A stretch of DNA of 64,000 nt from Lama guanicoe (lineage: Eukaryota), in contig MU054323.1 in the NCBI GenBank assembly GCA_013239625.1, positions 17,178,029-17,242,028 of the forward strand. The letters are read 5' to 3'. The position numbers were made by a program, and so were the translations under genes. This document shows, piece by piece, positions 1 to 10,516 of this stretch (its first letter is position 1; every line of letters starts with the position of its first letter). The notes beneath the pieces were generated by a model. The model had not been told where the DNA came from, did not search any database, and saw only the letters and a list, made by a program, of their open reading frames with translations.

Positions 1-1909
1 TGAGAGGAATTTGTCTATCTCAAGAAAATCTCTAGCAAGAAAATAGTTGTATACAGTTTGTTATATTCATTCTCCCTTATTGATTTTTTGTTATCTACTA
101 ATAAGGTTCTTCTCAAAAGGATTAAACAATAAAGATCTTTTATGTATGCCTTTATATATTTTTATATAGAAACAATATCAATACTGTAAAACCTCATTAA
201 TTTAACTTTCTCCTGTTAAGAATTTATGAAAACTACTGTTGGACAAAGCATAGGTAACTTAATTGAAAGATAGTAATTATTGTACTGCATAGCTCTTAAT
301 AGGCCTCAATAAATATTTTTTGGCTCTGAATACAAAGTCAATTGTACAAAAGAGAATTTCTAAGCAAATAGTAGTGTAAACAATAATGAAGAGAAACAGT
401 TGTCCAACTTATAACAAACTGCTTTCAAGCACATTAAAGGAAAAGGGGTAAACCCAGAGTGGCTTGCCTGCCTCTGTAGCTAAGTATTCTTTATGTCTAT
501 TAAAGAACGGCCAATTCTAGGCTGAGCTTTGCTAACCTAGTTGCCATTAAAAAAAAAATAGTACTGTATACTACTTTTGTACACTGTTATACTGAACCCT
601 GTTTCTTTAAGAACATGTAACCAACTCTTTTTCACTAAATGTCAAATCCAAATCAGAGAAACTTTTTATAGAGTTCTTTTATTCCTGCTGATTCTTTTGA
701 AATCAGCTTCACCTATATAAATTTCTGCCTCTAGGATTCTATGTTAAATTACAATCTCATTCCCAGGTTCAATTTGAATATGAAAGTTACTTAATTCAAT
801 TCAACAAATATTCTAATATTTCCTATTATGACCTATTGAATAATTCTTATGTTACTGTTGTTAAATATTGATAATATTATTAGTTTATGAAGGGGAGGTA
901 ATTCCTAATCCTACTGCAGATTTCAAAATTTATCTGCATTTCCTAGATTCAGTATTTCCAGAGAAGCATTAAAGAAAAATTCACTTTTTATCTTACTTTG
1001 TTCTCCATTCTAGTTTCACTTTTAAGTCATTGTCACCATTTTAGCTTGAACATGAAAACTTTACAACAGGAAAAACAAGTTTAGACCTTTTGTACATGTA
1101 TCAGTTTTTAATATAAAAAGTAGTCTTTATGTTAGAATAACATTACAAACACTAATCCTTTACTATGTATTTAAGTATGTGCTGTGTATGTTTGTACCAT
1201 AGGTCAATCCAAACAACTATGGTCAACCACAGCTTTCATTTTTCAACATTTCATAATCTTCTATTCGCTCTAGACTGCTGTTAAGTTCTGGGAAGGAGAA
1301 ACTCTTAGGGGCATGTTTATAATTCTTTCATATTGTATTAAAGAAATAAACTTCTCATTAGCAAAGTACTGGACTGCAATCAGTACTGAAGTATATAGGA
1401 CTGAGAGGAGAACAGAAGTTAAAGAATACCAGTATTTTGATCAATTTCAAAGAGTAAAACTAGGAAGAGTAAAATGTGATGCAAGAGTGCCCACTGATAC
1501 AAATATTACCTAAATGGGTGGTTTAGGAGTATAAAGCAATCCAGGAAGAGTGAGACTTTCTGAGGAATGCCTGATTGTATTTAAAAAGTGTGAAACTGTA
1601 AAATCATCAAGCCCTAAACTAACCAATTGTGTTGTTTAGGAAGAATATTAATGAAAGGGAGTTGGTCAGCTTGGTGTCTTAATTATAGAGAGTTAGACTA
1701 GCTTAGACTTCGAGTTTAGCACTTAGCACTGTCTTGGAAGGAGCGAACCTGTATTATTAACCACCTCTCAGCTATACTTAGAGAAATACTGCACAAGACC
1801 ATTGACTTTGTTTTGTTTGACATTTTGACACCGATCTACTAGTCTCTGGAAATGAATGTCTTCTGTAAAAATTAAGATAATTTTAGTTCGTAAATCCTTT
1901 TTTTAGGAG

Positions 1910-2168
1910 AGATGGTATAGTGTAATGATTAAGCATAAGCTCATGAAGTGTGACAGAGTTGGGATTGAAGCTCGGCTCCACTATTGAATAGCTGCCTACC
2001 CTTGGCCAAATTTTTAATCTCCTGGTACTTCAGCTTCCTTATGTGCAAAATGGGGTTTAATAACAGTACCCATCCCGAGGAGTTGTTGTTAGGATTAGAT
2101 GAAGTAAACCAAGTATGTAACATGGCACAGTATCTAGCACACAGTGTTTAGTGCATGTTAACTGTTAT
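1910..2168 (+). mobile_element. MIR SINE
   Basis: Recognisable MIR core (cagcttccttatgtgcaaaatggggtttaataacagtacc...gttgttaggattagatgaagtaa); boundaries approximate. Confidence 0.75.
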
Positions 2169-2976
2169 AATAGGATAAGGACTAGTAGCAGTGGTTTGAC
2201 TAACCTTTGTCAGTTGCTAAAAATCTGATATGATCCAGGCGTGTTGACAAAACTGAAGTTTCTGCAAAGCTGCAGACCAGATTCTGGAACATGGTGGTGA
2301 CCATCCTTACGTGGCCACGCCTAAAACACTCCTAAGATACCTTTGTCTCTTCACAAATGACTTCAATATGGGACGTTGTAACTTTTCTTCTTTTACCCAA
2401 TCCACACAGAGAAAAACAATCTGGCATGTAAGAGACAAAAACTCAGAAAAAGAAATTTTCTTCATGAAAGTAAATCCCTAGGAACCCCTAAATCAAATGC
2501 TGAAACTTTTCTTAAGGGCACTATGCAAAGATATTTGCCTGTGGAATGGGGAGATGTGTGTTCATGAGCAATGTGGAAATTGTCACTTTTTATTACAAAG
2601 TTTAGTCTTGGAAGCTAATTTCTATAAGATTAGGCACACCTTAAAAAAAAGGGAATGAAATCTACTTCAAAGCCTATGACAAATGTATGCATATACTACA
2701 ACTCTCAAATAGATTATCAAGTAGACTGCATATAAAAGAAATAGCTTAAAATTCAGAGACAGGAGGAATTTTGTTAGGTCACTAGTCTAACCACCTCATT
2801 TTTCAAGTGAGAGTAAGACCTAAAATTGCAGCATGATGAATGCAGTTGTTCCCAGATCCTGCTACAAGGACTGTCAGTTGGAACTTTGATGAAAATTTCT
2901 CCAGTCTCAGAAAAATATGAACTATTGCCAACCACTGTTACTTGGGAAGAACCATCTTTTATTCTGTGAATATGTC

Positions 2977-3024
2977 TTTTTTTCCTGTTAAAATTTTTTT
3001 CCTGTTAAAATTTTCCTGTTAAAA
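2977..3024. repeat. Short tandem repeat, 3 copies of (T)nCCTGTTAAAA
   Basis: Seen directly: tttttttcctgttaaaa-tttttttcctgttaaaa-ttttcctgttaaaa. Confidence 0.85.
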
Positions 3025-4661
3025 TCCTCTCATTTTTTAAAGGAAAAGATGCTAATAATATTTCTTTTTAATCTCATGTTTTCTTGATGGAAAAAAGTCT
3101 GTCCCCTCCATTCCCCAATTTTTTTCAGATCTATCTAATACCCCAAATTCAAGAGTCTAGAATCTCTAGTAAATAACAAAGTGTGATTTTTAACCCATAA
3201 AAAATAGAGAAAAAAAGACAGTTAAGAAAAGAAAAAAAATTATGTCCTTACTGAAAATACAAATTAAAACAACATGCTATTTCTGTCGGGAGTGCGGTGA
3301 AATTGGCACTTACACACATTAATGAGAATGTGAAATAATACATTTGAGGTGGTCAATTTGGAAGTGTTTTAAATTGTATGTCTGTTTTGCCTCATCAGTC
3401 TTACTTCCTGGAATTTATTCTAGGAATTATTCATCGTTATGCATAAAGATTTATATGCAGAAATGTTGGTAGGATCTTATTTATAATATCAAAAATTGGA
3501 AATAGTTTGAAAATTAAACATAAAGGGAATGGCTAAATGTTATGGCACATGAGTTGGTTACATATATTATAGCCATTAAAAACCACGTGGTATAAGACTT
3601 CAATGTCAGAAAAATGTTAACGGTATGTAGTTAAGTAAGAAAAGCAGATGTCAAAATGATTTGCATTCACAGAAAGATTCTGATTTTATAAAAATAAATC
3701 ATATTAATGAGTAAGTTTTCTTGTTTTGTTTTTCTGTATTTTACAACTTACTATAATATTTTTTTAAGTGGGAGGCTTGGAGACAGGAATTCCAAGTTTG
3801 AACTGAGAATCACTGTTTAGTAGCTGTGTTAATTAGAGCATGTGACTATATTTGTCATTCTAGGCTCAAGATTTCTCAGAAGAAAATGGAGAATTTAATG
3901 ATGCTATCTGTGGATGGGTGGTATTATGAGTGTAGTTTACATGAGTTTTGTTTCTTTTTAAATTTTTTCTGTTTTGATCTGTATTGCTTGTAAAAAAAAT
4001 TGAATGTAAACTGAAATATAAATAAGTATAAACATTTTAAGTGGAAGTAGTAATGAGGGAATTAAACAGGACAGTTAATATAGGGAGAATCTAGTATTAA
4101 TATATATACTACCAAACTATTAACTGTAGTTGCCTCTGGGAAGTGGGGTTTGGTTGAAGATAGAGGAGCTTTCATTGTGTAACTGCACAGTGTAGTCTTA
4201 TGTATTGTTTGAATGTTTTGTGGTTTTCTAAACAAATACAGTACTTTTATAATAATGGTTCAACATTATAACATGCCCTTCTCCCACACTCTCTGTACCT
4301 TTTACTCCACTCTATTTTCCTTCTAGCTTTTCTCACCTCCGACCTCTTCATTTATTCTGTGAAAGTCCTTCACATGGTAAGACCCACAAGGGCAGGGACT
4401 TTGTTTTACTCACGGATACCTTCCTGCTGCCTGGCCTCGTGCTTGACCTATACAGTACTGGGCTCTCAGTAATATTTGTAGAACTAATGAATTCTGCTAA
4501 GAAAGTATTTCAGCAGCTTCACATGGTTGTTGCTCAATCAATATTTACATGTGATTTTCCCAAGGTTATATAGCTATTTAGAGTCCAAATCTGAACCTCG
4601 GATTCTCACAGTCCATAGAGCTTTCTTTTGCACCACACTGCATCCCTAAAAGTAACTTGTT

Positions 4662-5963
4662 TTTTCTATGAAAAATGTCGTGAGTATTTTGACAGGGGTT
4701 GCATGGGAACTGTAAGTTGCTTTGGGTAGTACAGACATTTTGATAATGTTGATTATTCCAATCCAAGAGCACAAGGTATGTTTCCATTTCTTTGTATCAT
4801 CAGTTTCCTTCATCAACATTTTACAGTTTTCAGAGTATAGGTAACCTCCTTGGCTAAGGTTATTTCTGGGTGGGTTGTTTTTTTTTGTTTGTTTGTTTTT
4901 GATGCAATGGAAATGTTTATGCCAGTTATAAAATCCTGGTGTTTGAAGTGCAAAAAAAAAAAAGTGAATGAAGGGCCACAAATGGCAAAATATCCTTCTT
5001 TTTTATGGGTGAGTTGTATTCCATTGTGTATATATGCTACATCTTCTTTATCTATTCATCTATTGATATGCACTTAGGAAGCGTCCATGTCTTGGCAATT
5101 ATAAATAATGCTGCTGTTAATAGTGGGCTGTATGTATCTTTTTGAATTAATGTTTTTGTTTTTCTTGGATGTATGCCCAGGAGTGGAATTGCTGGGCCAC
5201 ATAGTGGTTCTGTTTTTGGGTTTTTGAGACACCTCCATATTGTTTTCCATGGTGGTTGCACCAATTTACATTCCCACTGACAGTGTGCAAGGATTTGCTT
5301 TTCTCTACATCCTTTCCAACACTTGTTATTTGTGTTCTTTTTGATGATGTCCATTCTGACAGGTGTGAGTTGGTGTCTCTTTGTGATTTTTATTTGCATT
5401 TCCCTGATATTGGTGATGTTGAGCAGCTTTTCATGTTCCGTTGGCCATCTGCATTTCCTTTTTTGGAAAAATGTCTGTTGAGTTCTTCTGCCCATATTTT
5501 AAATGGGTTGTTTGTTTGTTTGCTTTTTAATTGAAGTACAGTTGATTTAAAATGTTGTGTTAGTTTCTGGTGTATAGTATGGATGGACTTGGAGGGCATT
5601 ATTCTAAGTGAAATAAGTCAGACAAAGAAAGACAAATACTGTAAGATATCACATGTGGAATCTGAAAAAATATAACAAACTATTGAATATAACAGAAAAG
5701 AAACAGACTCACAGATGTAGAGAAGGAACTAGTGGTTACCAGTGGGGAGGGGATAGGGGAGGGACAAGATGGAGGTGGAGGATTAAGAGATACAAACTAT
5801 CAAGTATAAGGGGTATAAGGGATATAAGTATAAGGATGTATTGTACAACATGGGGAATATAGCCAGTATTTTATAATAACTATAAATGGAGTATAACCTT
5901 TAAAAACTGTGAATCACTATATTGTATACTTGTAACATATAATATTGTACATCAACTATACCT
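4662..5963. mobile_element. Composite L1 block: minus-strand ORF2/3' fragments (about 4665-4915, 4978-5510, 5530-5578) plus a plus-strand L1 3' end (5579-5963)
   Basis: Minus-strand ORFs give L1 ORF2-like peptides ([60 protein letters not shown]). Plus part reads atggacttggagggcattattctaagtgaaataagtcagac. Confidence 0.85.
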
Positions 5964-6556
5964 AGTTTTCTATGAAAATATATGCAAGTGTAGCAGTGGT
6001 ACTAATGGCATGGGATGGATTTTTCATTCCCATAATCTTTATTCTTTGGTCTAGACAATTTACTCCTTCCTCAGTCTTAACTAAAGACCTGTGCAAATAC
6101 ATTCTTCTTTGCAGCCAGATTCTTGCCCCCAACGCCTCCCTATAGAGAATTCATTTTCTCTGTACAGCTATCATAGTACAGTTCTGCAACACAAACACAC
6201 AAAAAATTGATCTTTTGAAAATGATAGATTGGAGGGATGGTTACAAAAGAACTCCTTGGTTTACAAAGGATTTGCTTCACAGTATCTTAAAAGAGCATGT
6301 TTTCTTTAGTACGTTCCAAATGATTTGAACTTTTCCAAAATACATCTGGGTAAATAAAATTATCTTTCTTCCCCTTTGTCTGACATAGATGAGAATATCT
6401 CCATGCTGCACCTCACAGCTATTAGTTTATTTGCCTTCATTGTAACAGCAACAGCCGTGGAAGAAGTGACCCCAGTCAGGAGAGCAGGAGCTGCCCTCAT
6501 TGTAGCCACATCACTCCACTTCAGATATTTCCCATCTCTAAAGTGGGGAAACAAAT

Positions 6557-8317
6557 ATGTCAGTTACTCTAAGTAAAAGAGGGAATGATAAGGAGGATGG
6601 CTTTACATCATTTAGAAAGGGAGAAAATGATGAGGACGTGTTTGAAGACGCCTATGAAACTATCCCTGCGGCAACAACAATGGACCTACTATCTTCCCTG
6701 GAAGAATGCACAACTGGATTGTATCTATTTCTAAATAACAGATTCTCAGATGCCATAAGTCTCATTTATCCATGGTCAAAGAACAGCATATACCATGCTC
6801 TAATTTATGGTATCCTTATGGTTGTCAAGGCCATCTTGACTTTTGATCCACAGGATATAGAGATTGGGATGATTGCCGCAAAGGAAGCTTTGAGAACCTG
6901 TAACAGTTTCCGAAGAAAATCTAGGATGATGAGTTTTTCTCGTCTAGTGAATAAACATGGAATAAAGGCTATCAAAGAAGAGGAATTGCATGCAGAAGTC
7001 TGCTATGCTGAGTGTTTGATCTTGAAATCCACTGTAATGTTTATACAGGATGACAGTGTGCTTAGTTTTCTCAAAAGCGGGATCAGTATTGGGTTAAGTT
7101 ACCAAATATACAAAGATTGTCAACAAGTAATAAGACAGATACCTAATTACCAAAGCAAAACCTACAGACACCTGGTTGGAGGAGTAAAATTTGGACTTGG
7201 AGCATTCAATTTGATACTATCACTTGTGCCGCCAAAGACACTTAAACTACTCAATGTTATTGGATATTTTGGTGATAGAGATGCAGGCTTGACTTTGCTT
7301 CATGAGAGTGCATCTGAATCTCACATAAATAATACATTAAGTGTTTTGACTCTACTCTTTTATTACAATTATATCTCTGTTGCTTTTGGTGTTGAAAAGA
7401 GCGACAGTTCTGCCATGGAGAATCTCTCCCTAATCTACCTCCAGAAATTTCCAAACTGTGTCATACTTCAATTTTTTCATGCACGTTTTAGCATGCTGAA
7501 AGGAAATTTTAAACATGCACAGTTAACATTAGAGGAGTGCGTTTTTATTCAGAATGAATGGAAGCAGATTCATCACCTCTGCTACTGGGAACTCATGTGG
7601 TGCCACATTTTTCTGCTGGATTGGAAGCAGGCTTACCACTATGCCAACCAACTGTTTCAAAACAGCAGGTGGTCCAAGGCAGTGTATTCATACTCTAAAG
7701 CTTCACTACTGGCCGTGCTTCCTTTGGATTTTGCGAAATCGGTAAGTGAGGACATGAATTCTCTCTTCTTAAACGTGGATAACCTGAGAATCAAAATTTT
7801 AGGAACTTCTATGCCAATAGAAAAGTTTGTTGCCGAGAAGGGTCAGCGATACGGCACTACTGCAGGCTGGTTTACAGCACAGCCCATTCTGGAATTCATT
7901 TATGGCTGGAGTGGTTTCCGAGTCATGAGCAAAAGACGAGACCTTATTTCAGCCTGGCTATCAATAATTGACAAAGGAGAACAGCTTTTACAAGAAAGTC
8001 CGAATGAAGAGTATGGGATAGATGACATAAGCTTGTTAAATTTACTGAAAGGTCTGTGCCTGAAATACTTAAGCAAGTATTTAATGGCTGAGCACTACTT
8101 TAATCATGTCATTCAAAAGGAGAAATTGTTAAAATATGACCACTATTTGGTGCCATATTCTTACTATGAACTGGGAATTCTATACTATCTAAGAGGAGAT
8201 TATGCCAGTGCAATAAAAAACCTAGAAAACATAAAAAACTACAAAGACTATTCCATGGAAGCCCGATTACAGTTTAGGACTCACATAGCCCTTGAACAAA
8301 TAGCTAAAGAAAACTGA
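6557..8317 (+). CDS. TTC39D: Tetratricopeptide repeat protein 39 family (Iml2/TTC39) protein, intronless, 586 aa; probable TTC39D retrogene
   Basis: Uninterrupted 1761-nt ORF. Peptides such as EDVFEDAYETI, LFLNNRFSDA, EEELHAEVCYAECL, GGVKFGLGAFNL, HHLCYWELMWC, KYDHYLVPY and YKDYSMEARLQFR resemble TTC39B/TTC39A. Single-exon structure and position upstream of GEMIN6/DHX57 match Ttc39d synteny as I recall it. Confidence 0.88.
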   Translation: MSVTLSKRGNDKEDGFTSFRKGENDEDVFEDAYETIPAATTMDLLSSLEECTTGLYLFLNNRFSDAISLIYPWSKNSIYHALIYGILMVVKAILTFDPQDIEIGMIAAKEALRTCNSFRRKSRMMSFSRLVNKHGIKAIKEEELHAEVCYAECLILKSTVMFIQDDSVLSFLKSGISIGLSYQIYKDCQQVIRQIPNYQSKTYRHLVGGVKFGLGAFNLILSLVPPKTLKLLNVIGYFGDRDAGLTLLHESASESHINNTLSVLTLLFYYNYISVAFGVEKSDSSAMENLSLIYLQKFPNCVILQFFHARFSMLKGNFKHAQLTLEECVFIQNEWKQIHHLCYWELMWCHIFLLDWKQAYHYANQLFQNSRWSKAVYSYSKASLLAVLPLDFAKSVSEDMNSLFLNVDNLRIKILGTSMPIEKFVAEKGQRYGTTAGWFTAQPILEFIYGWSGFRVMSKRRDLISAWLSIIDKGEQLLQESPNEEYGIDDISLLNLLKGLCLKYLSKYLMAEHYFNHVIQKEKLLKYDHYLVPYSYYELGILYYLRGDYASAIKNLENIKNYKDYSMEARLQFRTHIALEQIAKEN

Positions 8318-8690
8318 TTTAGACACAAAGTATGGTTTTGTTTATTATGCGTGAAGTATCTACAATCAGCAAGGTAATTAAAAGGTAGAAAAATAATTTC
8401 TTTGTGGATGAAATCCAAGAAGAGACAACTGCTAAGAATCTGACCAGTAACAAAGAAGAAAGGAATTGGCCATTACTTTTCCCTCTTTCCTTCTCCATAC
8501 CTATAAAATGGAATGTCTTAGACTGGCAAATGGAATGATGCACATTCTTGAAAAAGAAAAGGCAAATGATGTCCATTATAACACGTAGTGTCTCTCTTCT
8601 ATGTTATGAATTTATCAATCATGTTAGACAACATTTTTAAAAACTCAAAATATTTTTTAACGTCTTGCTAGATCATGTATAGAGCTCACA

Positions 8691-8696
8691 AATAAA
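8691..8696 (+). terminator. Candidate polyadenylation signal (AATAAA) for the TTC39-family gene
   Basis: Canonical AATAAA about 370 nt after the stop codon; usage not verifiable from sequence. Confidence 0.45.
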
Positions 8697-9524
8697 ATAG
8701 GGAAAGTAGCTATACTAGGAATACCAGCACCCTGTAAATGTTTTTATTTAATTGTTAGAGAAAGAAAAAAGGCTTTAAGGTCTTCCATTTCAAAACAATG
8801 ACGCCTCAAATAGCATAGACTCTGATTGGTTTTTCCTCATACACAACACTTTTTATACCAGAGAAGGTATTTTCCCCTGTGTGATCAATGGTTTATTTTA
8901 CCCTTTTTCATTAAGAGGCTCAAATACGGGTCCATAACTTGCCACAGGATAGAGAAGAAAGAGGCCTCCCTTTCGCACACATAAACCTTTTGAAGAAATT
9001 GGAGGAGGACAAGAGGATAGATTCACTGGGTAGAAAAAAAAAAGACTAGGTGTTGGAGGGAGAGTTTAGTTACCACAAAGCCCTCCCTTTAGCTGTCCTC
9101 CCTAAGGTAAAATTTCTATTAAGATCCGCTCTTCAGCTTAATTAAACCACTTGCATCTCCCATGTTGCCATTGTTAATGGACTAATCTGAGTAAACAGCA
9201 GCTGTAGGAATGGGGCTCTGTATTCTACCTGCTTTAGGGATAAAATCAGTCCCTGATTTCCAGACCATTACATCTAGCTAAGACCATTACATCCTTCTTG
9301 CAGTCACCCTTGGAGACAGAAGTTGCTGGCAGAGTGGCTTCCTAAAACACATGGGCAAAACACATTATGCTGATGCTTTGGGTGTCCAAACAACCAACTG
9401 GAGCACAGCGATGAGCTGGTATTTCAGATTTAGAAATGCTTACTTTGAAAAACATGTTCCTCATTAATTAAAAGTAGGCTTTTAGGGGAACAATTATGCT
9501 TGAGTTATTCCCCATTACTTAATT

Positions 9525-9715
9525 AGGACGGTATAGTGGATAAGAGGGCAGGCTTTGACCCACTTGCCTGCGTTTGCATCCTAGCTCTGTCACTTACTAG
9601 CTGTGGGGCCTTGAGCTTCTGTGCCTTAGTTTCCTTAGATGTAAAATAAGGACAATAATAGTTCCTATCTTATGGTTTTTCTCTATTCATTAAGATTGAC
9701 TTAATATGCATTTAT
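9525..9715 (+). mobile_element. MIR SINE
   Basis: tcctagctctgtcacttactagctgtggggccttgagc...agtttccttagatgtaaaataagg MIR core; approximate ends. Confidence 0.7.
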
Positions 9716-10094
9716 TATTACTACTACTACTAGTAAGGATAGTAACATATTATAATCTTCAGTGCAGAGGGTTTAAATTACTTCCTTAGAAAAAGCAAAG
9801 GTCCCTTTGTTACCTGCTTCGCCAGCCTAAAATTTGACCTGTCAATTTGCTTTTTCTTTGCTTGTTCTTAGATTATCTTGGTCATTTATGAAATAAGTAA
9901 CTCTCCGCTTAAGTTACAGTTTTGTGTTTTGTCCCAGCTTTTCCCAATGAATAGAAAATGTATTAATTGGTTAAACAAACATATATTGAGTGCCTACTAT
10001 ATGCAGGCATTGAACCAGGTACTGAGGGTATAAAAGTAAAGCATGGTCTCTCTCCTGAGGACTTTATTAGGGAGATAAATTAGAAAATGATTTT

Positions 10095-10516
10095 GTTGGT
10101 GGTGGAAGCACTTAAAACAGTTGCTTAAAGAGACAGGAGTTTATTTGTTCCAAACAAAAGAAACCCAAAGGCAGGTAGTTCAGGACTGTGGTGGCTCTCT
10201 TCCTTTCTTTTATTTTTCTGTTTGGCATGTAGACTTTCTTATGCATGTCTCCTCATGGTGGAAAGAGTGTGTTTCACCCTGAGGCAGGCTGGAGGAAAAA
10301 TGGTTAAAGGACAAAAAAGGTTTTCTCCTTCTTCTGCCTCTTTATTTTGGAAGGCGCAGCCTTCTTAGGGACTTCCATATATCTCATTGGCCAGAAGTCT
10401 TCATATGGTCACTTCTCCCAGCAAGGGAAGCTGAAGATTGAGTTTTAGCACTCAAGCCTCATTAGAAGGTTGTGGGAAAGGATTGTTAAATGAGCCAACC
10501 TGCAGTAACTGCCACA
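10095..10516. mobile_element. MaLR (MLT1-like) solo LTR
   Basis: MLT1-type motifs atctcattggccagaa, gcaagggaagctg and terminal ...tgccaca; subfamily not determined. Confidence 0.55.

Noticed and set aside
4578..5862. Several 69-147 aa ORFs
   Set aside because: Fragments of decayed L1 ORF2/3'UTR or their antisense; not independent genes. The same applies to ORFs at 22061-22844, 25124-25384 and 43337-44530.
9262..9293. Short direct duplications (agaccattacatc x2 here; caccaacacccct x2 near 52733-52758)
   Set aside because: Ordinary local slippage or microduplication events with no functional indication.
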